Of a stretch of DNA of 64,000 nt, positions 32,661 to 41,839 are shown in pieces; positions within the stretch are counted from its first letter, which is position 1, and every line of letters begins with the position of its first letter. The stretch is from Candidatus Eisenbacteria bacterium RBG_16_71_46. Its GTDB lineage: Bacteria > Eisenbacteria > RBG-16-71-46. The position numbers and the translations under genes are program-made. The stretch spans positions 2,348 to 66,347 of the forward strand of contig MFFQ01000079.1 in assembly GCA_001780165.1 (NCBI GenBank), read 5' to 3'. The notes beneath the pieces are model-generated. The model was not told the origin of the DNA. It made no database searches and was given only the letters and a program-made list of their open reading frames with translations.

Positions 32661-33068
32661 ATGACCTACAAGATCATGGACATCCAGGGAATCGGACCGG
32701 AATTCGGCAAGAAGCTCGAGATGGTCAACGTCCACACGACCGACGATCTCCTGAAGCACTTCAACGATCCGACGATGCGCCGCAACCTCATCGAGAAGAC
32801 CGGTGCGAGCGAGCCCGTGTTGACGAAGTGGGTGCAGATGGCGGAGCTGATGCGGATCAAGGGAGTGGGTCCGCAGTACGCGGAGCTTCTGCTCCTCGCC
32901 GGCGTGGACACGGTGGACAAGCTGCGAGCCGTGAGCCCCGAGACGTTCGAGAAGAAGCTGGTCGAGCTGAACACCCAGCACAAGGTCACGGGTGCCACGC
33001 CGAAGGCGACCGACATCCAGCAGTGGCTGGACGAGGCCAAGACCTTCGAGCCGGTGCTGGTGCGCTAG
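32661..33068 (+). CDS. DUF4332 domain protein (helix-hairpin-helix-like)
   Basis: ATG at 32661 is preceded by AAAGGAA. The 135 aa protein reads MTYKIMDIQGIGPEFGKKLEMVNVHTTDDLL...MRIKGVGPQYAELLLLAGVDTVDKL, with two HhH-like IxGIGP/IKGVGP units. The upstream 120 codons of the track ORF are non-coding-like. Confidence 0.8.
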   Translation: MTYKIMDIQGIGPEFGKKLEMVNVHTTDDLLKHFNDPTMRRNLIEKTGASEPVLTKWVQMAELMRIKGVGPQYAELLLLAGVDTVDKLRAVSPETFEKKLVELNTQHKVTGATPKATDIQQWLDEAKTFEPVLVR

Positions 33069-33102
33069 CACCGTCCGCACCGCGCTCTGCGGGATTCGAC
33101 CG

Positions 33103-33129
33103 GCCCCGGTTCCTTCACGGAACCGGGGC
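33103..33129 (+). terminator. rho-independent terminator candidate
   Basis: GCCCCGGTTCC (33103-33113) and GGAACCGGGGC (33119-33129) are exact reverse complements across a 5 nt loop. The T-containing tract TTCGTCGTT follows. It lies 35 nt after the DUF4332 stop. Confidence 0.65.
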
Positions 33130-33155
33130 TTCGTCGTTCGGACCGGAACGCGCGC

Positions 33156-36100
33156 TCAGGCGGCCCGCGGCCCCTGGCGCCACACGCGCGCGATCAACCG
33201 CTGCCCGTCCTCGAGCGCGGTGTAGAGGCACGGCACCAGGATCAGCGTGAGCAGCGTGGAGGAGGCCAGCCCCCCGATCACCGTGCGGGCCAGCGGGAAG
33301 TAGAGCACGTCGCCCACCCGGTTCTGCCCCAGCGCCAGGGGCAGCAGTCCGAGGATGGTGGTGGTCGTGGTCATCAGGATCGGGCGCAACCGGTCACGGG
33401 CCGCTTCCAGCACCGCCTGCTCGCGCCCCAGGCCGCGCCCGCGCAACTGATGGACGTGGTACAGCAGCACCACGCCGTTGTTGACCACGATTCCGACCAG
33501 GATCAGCAGGCCGATCTGCGCCATGAGATTGAACGGCGAGCCGGTGAGCAGGCAGACCCACGCGATCCCGACGAAGGCGAACGGCAGCGCGAACATGATC
33601 GCGAAGGGGTGGAGCAGCGACTCGAACAGCGCCGCCATCACCAGGTAGACCAGCACCAGGGCGAGCAACAGATTGACGAGCATCTCCTGCTGCGTCTGGC
33701 TCTCCTCCTCGAGACCCATGCCGAACGACCAGGAGTACCCGGGCGGGAAGTTCATCGCCTTGAGCTGCTGGGTCGCGGCCTTGCGCACCTGGCCCCCCTG
33801 GCTCGCCGCGTAGTTCCCCGCGACGGTGACCACCGAGCGGCGCTGCTGGCGCTGGATGCTGGCCGGGGTTTCCACCGTGCGGAAGTCCGCCACCGCGGCG
33901 AGCGGCACCACCTGGCCGTCGGCGCCGCCCAGCGGCAGATCGCGCAGGCGGTCGAGCCGCTCGCGGTCCTCGTTGGCCAGCCGGGCGGTGATCTGAACTT
34001 CGCCCTCGGGCCCACGGTAGCGCGCCAGCGGACGCCCGCGGAAGAACAACGCCACGGCCTGCGCCACGCCGGCGGTGGTGAGGCCGTGGCGCGCGGCGCG
34101 GTCCCCGCGCACGGCGACCTGGACCTCCTGGCGCCCCTTCTGCCCGCCGAGCTCGACGTCGGTCAGCCCCGACACCAGCGTCAGACGGCGGCGCACCTCC
34201 GCGGCGAGGTCGTCGAGACGCGGCCCGGGATCGCCGAACAGGCGCACGCCGAGACGCGAGGGACCGGAGTTGTCGTCGTCCCCACGCAGGCTGAGCTTGA
34301 GCCCGGGCAGGCTCGGCAGGCCGTCGCGCAGCATCTTGCGCACCTGCTGGGCGCCGTCGTCGTCGGCCCAGCCGGCGGCGAGGTAGGCGCGGGTGATGGC
34401 CATGTTGTTCGTGAAGTAGGAGTAGGTGGACTTGACGTGCAGCGAGTCGCGGCGGTCCTGGATCCAGTCCTCGACCCGCGACACGTAACGCTCGACCTCG
34501 CGGTAATTGAGGTTGTCCGCGAACTCGTAGCGGATCTGCACCGCCTCCACCCGGGTGCCGGTGAACGCGCTCTTGTCCACCGGGATGAACGCCGCCACCG
34601 AGACCGCGAACAGCAGCACCCCCGCACCCAGGGTCAGCGGCCGGTGGCGCAGCGTCCAGTCGAGCAGGACGTGATAGCGCGCGGCCAGCCACTCGACCGC
34701 GCCGATGCGCGGCGATACCCCGGCCGGCAGCACGCGGCCCATCGCCAGCGGAATCGCGGTCAGCGACAACAGCAGCGAGCAGCCGAGGGTGAAGATGATC
34801 GTCCGCCCCACTTCGCCGATCCAGGTCGTGATCTCGGTGCGACCGCCCAGCACCAGCGGCAGGAACACGATGACCGAGGTGGCGGTCGAGGTGATCACCG
34901 CGGGCAGCACCTCGCGCGAGCCCTCGAGCGCGGCGCGCAGCCGCCCACGGCCCTTGTGGCGCAGGCGCTCGATGCTCTCGAGCACCACCACCGCGTTGTC
35001 CACCAGCAGTCCGACCGCGAGCATCAGGCCCATCATCGACAGGATGTTGAGGCTGCGCCCGGTGAAGAACAGCAGCGCGCAGGCGGCGAGCAGCGAGACC
35101 GGGATCGCGAGCGCCACGACCAACGTCGCGGTCAGGCGCCGCAGGAAGAAGAACAGCACCCCGGTCGCGAGGACCGCGCCTACCAGCCCGGACTGCATCA
35201 GGCCGCGCAGCGAATTCTGGATCTCCTCGGCCTGGTCGGTGAAGGTCAGCACCTGGATACCCTCGAGCAGCGGGTCGCGCTTCATCTCCGTCAGCACGCG
35301 TCGCGCGCGGGTGGCCACGTCCACGGTGTTGGCGCCCGACTCCTTGATGACGTTGAGGCCGACGGCACGCGTGCGGTCGAGATGACGGCCGTAGTCGAGA
35401 TCGGGCTCCGCATAGGCCACGCGCGCCACGTCCGCGAGCCCCAGTCCGCGCGCGCCCACCGGGAAGCTCTCGATGTCGTCGAGGCTCGCGAACTGGTTCA
35501 CGATCCTGAGCGGCATGGTCTCGCCGGGCCGGCGGATCTGGCCGGCGCTCACGCTGTGGTTCGCAGCATCGAGCCGAGCGAGCACCACCTCGGCGTCCAC
35601 CCCGTGCCGCCGCAGCGCGTCGAGCCGGAAGTCGATCCGGATCTCGGGCGGCTCGACCCCGTAGAGCTCGACCTTGGCCACCCCCGGCACGCGACGCAGC
35701 GGGTCGGCGACGTGGCGGTCGAGCAGCTCGTAGGATTGCGACAGGTCGCGGGTGGCGGAGATGCGGCACTCGAGCACCGGGATGTCCGAGGAGCGGAAGC
35801 TGTTGACCCGGATGCGGTCGACGTCCGCGGGGAGCTGGTCGCGGATGCGCTCGAGCTTCTCGCGCGCCTCGACCCGCAACGGCTCGACGTCCTCGCCCCA
35901 GTCGAACTGGACGTAGATGTTGGCGGAGTTGGGCGACGACCAGGAGTGGATCGCGCGCACCCGGCTCAGGGTCGCCAGCGCCTCTTCGGCGGGGCGCGTG
36001 ATCTCCTCCTCGACCTGGGCCGGGAGCGCGTTCGGATAGGGTATCTCGATATCGAGACCCGGGAAGTCCACGTCGGGGAGGAATGCCAGCGGCAGGCGCG

Positions 36101-36191
36101 GCGCGGACACCGCGCCGATCACGATCACGCACAGGATCATCATCACCGCCGTCACCGGCCGGCGCAGGCTCCAGCGCGGGAGGTTCACCAC
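33156..36191 (-). CDS. RND efflux transporter permease (HAE1 family, MdtC/AcrB-like)
   Basis: The 1011 aa ORF begins MVNLPRWSLRRPVTAVMMILCVIVIGAVS...LPDVDFPGLDIEIPYPNA. It has 12 TM segments and two large periplasmic loops. The conserved TM4 region MMGLMLAVGLLVDNAVVVLE is present. Confidence 0.95.
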   Translation of the reverse strand: MVNLPRWSLRRPVTAVMMILCVIVIGAVSAPRLPLAFLPDVDFPGLDIEIPYPNALPAQVEEEITRPAEEALATLSRVRAIHSWSSPNSANIYVQFDWGEDVEPLRVEAREKLERIRDQLPADVDRIRVNSFRSSDIPVLECRISATRDLSQSYELLDRHVADPLRRVPGVAKVELYGVEPPEIRIDFRLDALRRHGVDAEVVLARLDAANHSVSAGQIRRPGETMPLRIVNQFASLDDIESFPVGARGLGLADVARVAYAEPDLDYGRHLDRTRAVGLNVIKESGANTVDVATRARRVLTEMKRDPLLEGIQVLTFTDQAEEIQNSLRGLMQSGLVGAVLATGVLFFFLRRLTATLVVALAIPVSLLAACALLFFTGRSLNILSMMGLMLAVGLLVDNAVVVLESIERLRHKGRGRLRAALEGSREVLPAVITSTATSVIVFLPLVLGGRTEITTWIGEVGRTIIFTLGCSLLLSLTAIPLAMGRVLPAGVSPRIGAVEWLAARYHVLLDWTLRHRPLTLGAGVLLFAVSVAAFIPVDKSAFTGTRVEAVQIRYEFADNLNYREVERYVSRVEDWIQDRRDSLHVKSTYSYFTNNMAITRAYLAAGWADDDGAQQVRKMLRDGLPSLPGLKLSLRGDDDNSGPSRLGVRLFGDPGPRLDDLAAEVRRRLTLVSGLTDVELGGQKGRQEVQVAVRGDRAARHGLTTAGVAQAVALFFRGRPLARYRGPEGEVQITARLANEDRERLDRLRDLPLGGADGQVVPLAAVADFRTVETPASIQRQQRRSVVTVAGNYAASQGGQVRKAATQQLKAMNFPPGYSWSFGMGLEEESQTQQEMLVNLLLALVLVYLVMAALFESLLHPFAIMFALPFAFVGIAWVCLLTGSPFNLMAQIGLLILVGIVVNNGVVLLYHVHQLRGRGLGREQAVLEAARDRLRPILMTTTTTILGLLPLALGQNRVGDVLYFPLARTVIGGLASSTLLTLILVPCLYTALEDGQRLIARVWRQGPRAA

Positions 36192-36258
36192 GGCGGGCTC
36201 CCGTCGCGGGCGGCACCCACGCCACGGGCCGCGCTTCCGCCGCCGTCCCGCGCCCCGC

Positions 36259-39200
36259 TCATGAGCTGCGGTCCACCGTGGCGTACACCACCGGAATCAC
36301 GATCAGGGTGAGCAGGGTCGAGAACGCCAGCCCGCCGATCAGGGTGATCGCGAGCGGCGCCCGGAGCTCCGAGCCCTCGCCGATGCCGACCACCATCGGC
36401 AGCAGCCCGAGCACCGTGGTGAGCGTGGTCATCAGGATCGGCCGCAGCCGTACCGTGGCGGCCTGGATCAGCGCCTGGATCTTGGGGGCGCCCTGCACCC
36501 GCAGCTGGCGCGCGTAGTCCACCAGCACGATGGCGTTGTTGACCACGATCCCGGCGAGCACCACCAGTCCGATGAACACCATGATGCTGAGCGGGGTGGA
36601 GGTGGCGAACAGGGTGAACACCACGCCGATCAGGGCCAGGGGCAGCGAGAACATGACCACGAACGGATGGAGCAGCGATTCGAATTGGCTCGCCATCACC
36701 AGGTAGACGAGGAACACCGCGAGCAGCAGGGCGAAGCGCAGCGAGGCGAAGGATTCGCCCAGCTCGCGGTTCTGGCCGGCGAGGGTGACCCGCGCGCCCG
36801 GGGGCAGCGGCAGGGCGTCGAGCGCGCCCTGGATCTCGGCCGCCGCCGAGGCCAGGTCGCGGCCCTCGAGGTTGGCACTCACCACCGCGGCGCGCTGCTG
36901 GCCGATGCGCCGGATGTCGCCCGGACCGCGCTCCACCGCCAAGCGCGCCACCGCGGCGAGCGGCACCGAGCTGCCCCGGTTGCGGCCGACCTCGAGTTGG
37001 GCGAGCGCGCTCACCAGCGACCGCTGGTCCTCGCTCGCCCGTACGCGCACGTCGAGCTTGCGCTCGAGGTCGCTGAACTGGGTCGCCGCCTCCCCCTGCA
37101 CCGCGTTGCGCACCAGGCGCGACGCGGACGCGGGATCGAGGCTCATCGCCGCGAGGCGGTCGCGGTCGAAGGCGATCCGCACCTCGGGATCGCCGAGGCG
37201 CACCGAGGTCTCGACGTCCTCCACCCCGCGCACCGCGCTCATCCGTTGCGCCACCGTGGCGGCCAGGGTGGCCAGCGTGTCGAGGTCGTAGGCGTAGACC
37301 TCGGCCTCCAGCGGAGCGCTGAAGGTCAGCAGCCCCGGGCGCTCGAATTCGTACGTCAGGCCCGGGATGCGGTCCATCTCTCGCCGCAGCGTCGCGGCGA
37401 CCGCCTCCTCGCCCCTGCGGTCCGACGCCCGCTTCATCACCACCGCGACCTGGCCGCGGTTGGCCTCGCGTGCCGAGCCGGCGAAGGCCGAGAGGTCGGT
37501 CTGGCCCGCGCTGGAGTAGGCGAAGCGCACCCGGGGGTCGTCCTTCACCGCGCGGGTCAGTCGGTCGAGGGTCTCGTCGGTGACCTCGAGCGCGCTGCCC
37601 GCCGGCAGCGTCACGTTGAAACGGAACTCGCCCTGGGTGAAGGACGGGAACAGATCGCGCGGCAGCATCAGCCCCATGAGCACCGCCAGGACCAGTGCCG
37701 CGGCGGAGAGCCCGAGCACGGCACGCGGCCGCGCCAGCGCGCGCGCCAACAGGCGCGGGTAGGCGCGGGACAGCGCGCCGTATCCGGCGTCGAAGGGAAC
37801 CAGCAACCGCCCGACCACGGGTGCGGAGCCGCGCCCGAGCCGGCCCATGCCGCGGATGACGAGCCGCGGCACGAACACCGCAAGGTACGCCGCCCAGCCG
37901 AGAAAGCCGGTCCAGCGCCCTGGAGGTAGGCTCGGCGCCGCGTCGGCGGTCCCCGCTCGGCGCCGTGCCGCGAGTGCGGCGATCGTCGGCACCAGCGTGA
38001 GTGCCACGACCAGCGAGGCCAGCAGCGAGAACGAGATCGTCAGCGCCTGGTCGCGGATCAACTGACCCGCCAGGCCTTCGACGAACACCAGCGGCAGGAA
38101 CACCGCCACCGTGGTGAAGGTGGATGCCGCCACCGCGGTCGCCACCGTGCCCGCACCCTGGCTCGCCGCCGCCACCGGCCCCAGTCCCTCTTCGCGTTTT
38201 CGGAAGATGCTCTCGAGCACGACGATCGAATTGTCCACCAGCATTCCCACACCCAGCGCCAGCCCGCCCAGCGACATGAGGTTCAGCGACAGGCCGAAGC
38301 GGTACATGATGACGAAGGTGGCGAGCACCGACACCGGGATCGAGAGCCCGATGATGAGCGTGGTGCGCAGGTCGTGCAGGAACGCGAACAGCACCAGGAT
38401 CGCGAGCAGACCGCCGACCACCGCGGCGCTCATGACGTCGCCGATCGCGGCCTGGATGAAGCGCGACTGGTCGGCGACAGTGACCAGCCGCATCTCCGGC
38501 GAGAGCTGCAGCCGGTCGAGGCGCCGCCGCACCGCGCGCGCCACGGTAACGGTGTTGGCGTCGCCCTCCTTGTAGACCGCGATCTCCACCGACTCCTCGC
38601 CGCCGACCCGGGCGACGACCTCGCGGTCGCGCGCCCCGCGAGCCACGGTGGCGACGTCGGAGACCCGCACGATCCCGTCGGGACGCGTCGCCAGCACCAC
38701 GCCGCCGATCTCCTCCGGAGCGAGGAACTGATTGACCGCGCGCACCAGGTACTCGGATCGGCCTTCGGTGAGCGAGCCTCCGGCGAGGTTGATGTTTTCC
38801 TCGCCCAGCCTGCGGGTGACGTCGCCAACGGTGAGACCGACCGCGTTCAGGCGCGCGGCGTCCACCTCGACCTGGATCTCCTCCTCCTCCCCGCCCGACA
38901 CCTTGACCGCGGCCACCCCGGCCACGCCCTCGAGGTCGCGCTGCACGGTCTGCTCCGCGATGCGGCGCAGCCGCTTCAGGTTGCCGCCGCCCGCGAGGCG
39001 CAGCCGCATGATCGGGTCGAGCGAGGGATCGAAGCGCAGCAACGCGGGACGCCGCGCCTCCCGGGGCAGGGTCACCAGGTCGAGCTTCTCGCGCACCGCC
39101 AGCGAGGCGAGATCCATCCGCGTGCCGGAGGCGAACTCCAGCGTCACCTCGGATTGCCCGGGGCGCGACACCGAGTGCATGCGCACCAACCCCGGCACCA

Positions 39201-39417
39201 CGCCCACGCCCTCCTCCACCGGGCGGGTCACGAACTGCTCGACGTCCGCCGGGGCCGCGTCGGGGAGGTCGGTGCGGACGGTGAGCGAGGGGTAGGAGAT
39301 GTTGGGCAGCAGGTCCACCGCGAGGCGCGAGGCCGCCACCAGCCCGAACACCACGATGCCCGCGGTCGCCATGAACACGGTGATCGGGCGGCGGATCGAG
39401 GCGTCTGCCAGCCGCAT
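36259..39417 (-). CDS. RND efflux transporter permease (HAE1 family, MdtB/AcrB-like)
   Basis: The 1052 aa ORF begins MRLADASIRRPITVFMATAGIVVFG...LPNISYPSLTVRTDLPDA. It carries GGLALGVGMLVDNSIVVLESIF. It is the second RND paralog in tandem. Confidence 0.95.
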   Translation of the reverse strand: MRLADASIRRPITVFMATAGIVVFGLVAASRLAVDLLPNISYPSLTVRTDLPDAAPADVEQFVTRPVEEGVGVVPGLVRMHSVSRPGQSEVTLEFASGTRMDLASLAVREKLDLVTLPREARRPALLRFDPSLDPIMRLRLAGGGNLKRLRRIAEQTVQRDLEGVAGVAAVKVSGGEEEEIQVEVDAARLNAVGLTVGDVTRRLGEENINLAGGSLTEGRSEYLVRAVNQFLAPEEIGGVVLATRPDGIVRVSDVATVARGARDREVVARVGGEESVEIAVYKEGDANTVTVARAVRRRLDRLQLSPEMRLVTVADQSRFIQAAIGDVMSAAVVGGLLAILVLFAFLHDLRTTLIIGLSIPVSVLATFVIMYRFGLSLNLMSLGGLALGVGMLVDNSIVVLESIFRKREEGLGPVAAASQGAGTVATAVAASTFTTVAVFLPLVFVEGLAGQLIRDQALTISFSLLASLVVALTLVPTIAALAARRRAGTADAAPSLPPGRWTGFLGWAAYLAVFVPRLVIRGMGRLGRGSAPVVGRLLVPFDAGYGALSRAYPRLLARALARPRAVLGLSAAALVLAVLMGLMLPRDLFPSFTQGEFRFNVTLPAGSALEVTDETLDRLTRAVKDDPRVRFAYSSAGQTDLSAFAGSAREANRGQVAVVMKRASDRRGEEAVAATLRREMDRIPGLTYEFERPGLLTFSAPLEAEVYAYDLDTLATLAATVAQRMSAVRGVEDVETSVRLGDPEVRIAFDRDRLAAMSLDPASASRLVRNAVQGEAATQFSDLERKLDVRVRASEDQRSLVSALAQLEVGRNRGSSVPLAAVARLAVERGPGDIRRIGQQRAAVVSANLEGRDLASAAAEIQGALDALPLPPGARVTLAGQNRELGESFASLRFALLLAVFLVYLVMASQFESLLHPFVVMFSLPLALIGVVFTLFATSTPLSIMVFIGLVVLAGIVVNNAIVLVDYARQLRVQGAPKIQALIQAATVRLRPILMTTLTTVLGLLPMVVGIGEGSELRAPLAITLIGGLAFSTLLTLIVIPVVYATVDRSS

Positions 39418-39478
39418 GGGTTCCTCCCCGGGAGGCGGCCCCGCGCGGCGCCCGGCGCCCGCGCGGCCGCGGTGGTCG

Positions 39479-40591
39479 CTACAGGGTCACCGAGCGGATC
39501 TTCGCCCCCGGCTTGAGCCCGCCCTGGCCGACCGTGACCACGCTGTCGCCCGCGGAGAGCCCGGAGAGGATCTGGGCGGTGTCGTTCTCCACCGCCCCGA
39601 GCGTGACCGGAACGCGCACCACGCTGTCGCCGCGGGCCACGAAGACGAAGGATTCGCCGTCCTCCTGGACCACGCCGCGCCGCGGCATCAGCAGCGCGTC
39701 GGTGAAGGCGCCGGTCTTGAGCCGCACCCGGGCGAACGCGCCCGGCCGCAGCTCGCCGGCCGGATTGGGCAGCTCGAGCGTCACCTTGAACGTGCCGTTG
39801 CTGCGGTCCACCGTGGGGTTGACCAGCGCCACGCGCGCGCGAATCTCCCGGCCGGGGTGCGCGTCCATGGTCAGGCCCGCTTCCTGCCCGACGTGGACCC
39901 GCGTCAGCTCGCGCTCCGGAAAGTAGAGCGGCGCGCGCAGCGGGTCGAAGTCGATCAGCCGGAAGCACTCCTTGCCGACCGGCACCGTCTCGCCGAGGCT
40001 GATCAGCCGATCCACCACCCGGCCCGCGAACGGAGCGGTGAGGCGCGTCTGGGACAGGTCGTAGCGCGCCTGCTCGAGCTCCACCCAGGTATTGCGCCGC
40101 TTGAGCTCGAGGTCGTCCATTTCCTTCTTGCTCAGGTAGTTCTGCTCGACGAGCTGCCGGCCCCGCTCCAGCTCGCGCTCGGCCATCTCCAGGGCGAGCT
40201 GGGTGCGCTCGAGCGCCAAGCGGGCCTCGGTGTCCTCGAGGCGCGCCAGCACCTCGCCCTTTTTCACCCACTGCCCCTCCTCAACCCCCAGCGCCACGAC
40301 CTGGCCGGCGCGGCGGGCGACCAGCACGGCGGAATGGCGCGCCTCGAGCGTGGTCGTGGTCTCGAGGAAGGTGGCGATCGCGCCGGCGCCCACCGCGGAC
40401 AACTCGACCGGCACCGGGAGCGGGGCGTCCTTGTCGGACTTCTTCTTGTCCTTCGAGGCGTTCCCGTTGGCGTTGCGGGCGACGAGCGCCCCGCCCGCGA
40501 GTGCCCCCAGGGCCAGCGTGGCCATCACCGACCAGAGCACGATCCGTCGCGAGCGGCGTTTCGCAACCTGCTGTTCCATCGGGACCTCCAT
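39479..40591 (-). CDS. efflux RND transporter periplasmic adaptor subunit (MFP/HlyD family)
   Basis: The 370 aa ORF has an N-terminal TM anchor, a lipoyl-like motif GQVVALGVEEGQWVKKGEVLARLED, a coiled-coil hairpin and beta-barrel domains. Confidence 0.9.
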   Translation of the reverse strand: MEVPMEQQVAKRRSRRIVLWSVMATLALGALAGGALVARNANGNASKDKKKSDKDAPLPVPVELSAVGAGAIATFLETTTTLEARHSAVLVARRAGQVVALGVEEGQWVKKGEVLARLEDTEARLALERTQLALEMAERELERGRQLVEQNYLSKKEMDDLELKRRNTWVELEQARYDLSQTRLTAPFAGRVVDRLISLGETVPVGKECFRLIDFDPLRAPLYFPERELTRVHVGQEAGLTMDAHPGREIRARVALVNPTVDRSNGTFKVTLELPNPAGELRPGAFARVRLKTGAFTDALLMPRRGVVQEDGESFVFVARGDSVVRVPVTLGAVENDTAQILSGLSAGDSVVTVGQGGLKPGAKIRSVTL

Positions 40592-40844
40592 GACCGGCGC
40601 GCGCTCCCGATTCCGGGCGCCCGGGCGGCTCCGAAGCGGGTCGAGTCCAGCGGGCGGCGGCGCGCCGGCCGATGTCGAACCCGTCCCCCGGGCACGACCG
40701 GGGGGGTCGCGGGAGCGGGTCCTGGTGATTACGCGGCGGCGCGGACGAGAGTTTCACCCCGGCCTGTCATCGCCGCAAGCCCGGGATCGGCAGAGCCAGG
40801 GCGCCCGCCGGCCCGGCGCCCCGGGCGTGACCCCGATCTCGGGG

Positions 40845-41609
40845 TCATGGCCAGCGGCCGAAGTCCCACTCCAGGTGGAGCACCGGCCCGTGACCCTCAT
40901 CCTGCCAGGATTCGAGCACGCGGTCGGTCAACAGCGTGCTCGCCGGGTAGGAGCGGAACGGCTCCTCCCAGGTCCAGGCGCGGTAGCCGAGCGCGATGGT
41001 GAACGGGCGCGAGCGGCCCCGGAGCCCGAGCGTGAAGTTGCCCTCGGCCACTTCGGGCTTCTCGCGAATGCGCTCGGAGTTGAGGTACGGCAGTGCCGTG
41101 ATCCCGATCGCGAAGTCGACCTCCACGAACGCGCCGGGCCGGCCGGGTCGGCTGCGGAAGAAGCTCCCGAACACCGCGTCGCTGATCCCGTGCGAGCGAA
41201 GCGCGGGCCCCAATCCCTCGGGCAGCGTCACGCGCAGGTCCCGATAACCCACGAACACGCCGAACGGGCCTCCGACCCCGAGATCGACGCCGAGATCGCG
41301 GCGCCGTCCGGCGCCGTCGTCGAAGGCGGACGACGCGAGACCGGCACGGCCGCGAAGGAACAGCGCACGGTACCGGCCCGTGAGGCTTGCGTCCGCGCCC
41401 GGGCCGAAGCGGAGCCTGGTGCGGGCGACCACTTCCGGATCCCAATAGCCGCCCCCGCGCTGATGCGCGTAGGCGAGCAGTTCCGACCGCCATGCCTCGT
41501 AGTGGGGGCGCACCTCGCATGCCAGGCGCAGCGGGGCGTCCGCAGCGCCGACCACCGGCGCCGAGACGCACAGCACCACGAGGGCCAGCCAGCACACGCG
41601 GTCGCTCAT
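40845..41609 (-). CDS. secreted hypothetical protein (possibly a small outer-membrane protein)
   Basis: ATG at 41609 follows a GGAGG RBS. The signal peptide is MSDRVCWLALVVLCVSAPVVGAAD. The protein is Gly/Arg/Phe-rich with alternating strands. I recognise no family. The upstream 110 codons of the track ORF have no coding character. Confidence 0.55.
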   Translation of the reverse strand: MSDRVCWLALVVLCVSAPVVGAADAPLRLACEVRPHYEAWRSELLAYAHQRGGGYWDPEVVARTRLRFGPGADASLTGRYRALFLRGRAGLASSAFDDGAGRRRDLGVDLGVGGPFGVFVGYRDLRVTLPEGLGPALRSHGISDAVFGSFFRSRPGRPGAFVEVDFAIGITALPYLNSERIREKPEVAEGNFTLGLRGRSRPFTIALGYRAWTWEEPFRSYPASTLLTDRVLESWQDEGHGPVLHLEWDFGRWP

Positions 41610-41839
41610 GCGGCCTCCGAGCGGATGGGCCAGGTCGTGCTGCGATCCCGTCCCACCGCGGCCTGGGAGGGCACGCATCGGTCGTGCCCGGACCTTCGCC
41701 CGCCGCCGCCGTCGAGGAATCCGCTTGACAGCAGGCGGCTTGCGGGCCCTCGCTCCCGGAGCCGGCGCGGCGCGCCGCTCTCCGGCGCGTCTGCCAGAAT
41801 GTCGGACCGCCTGCCGCGCCGCGGGCCCCCGCTGGCTCG

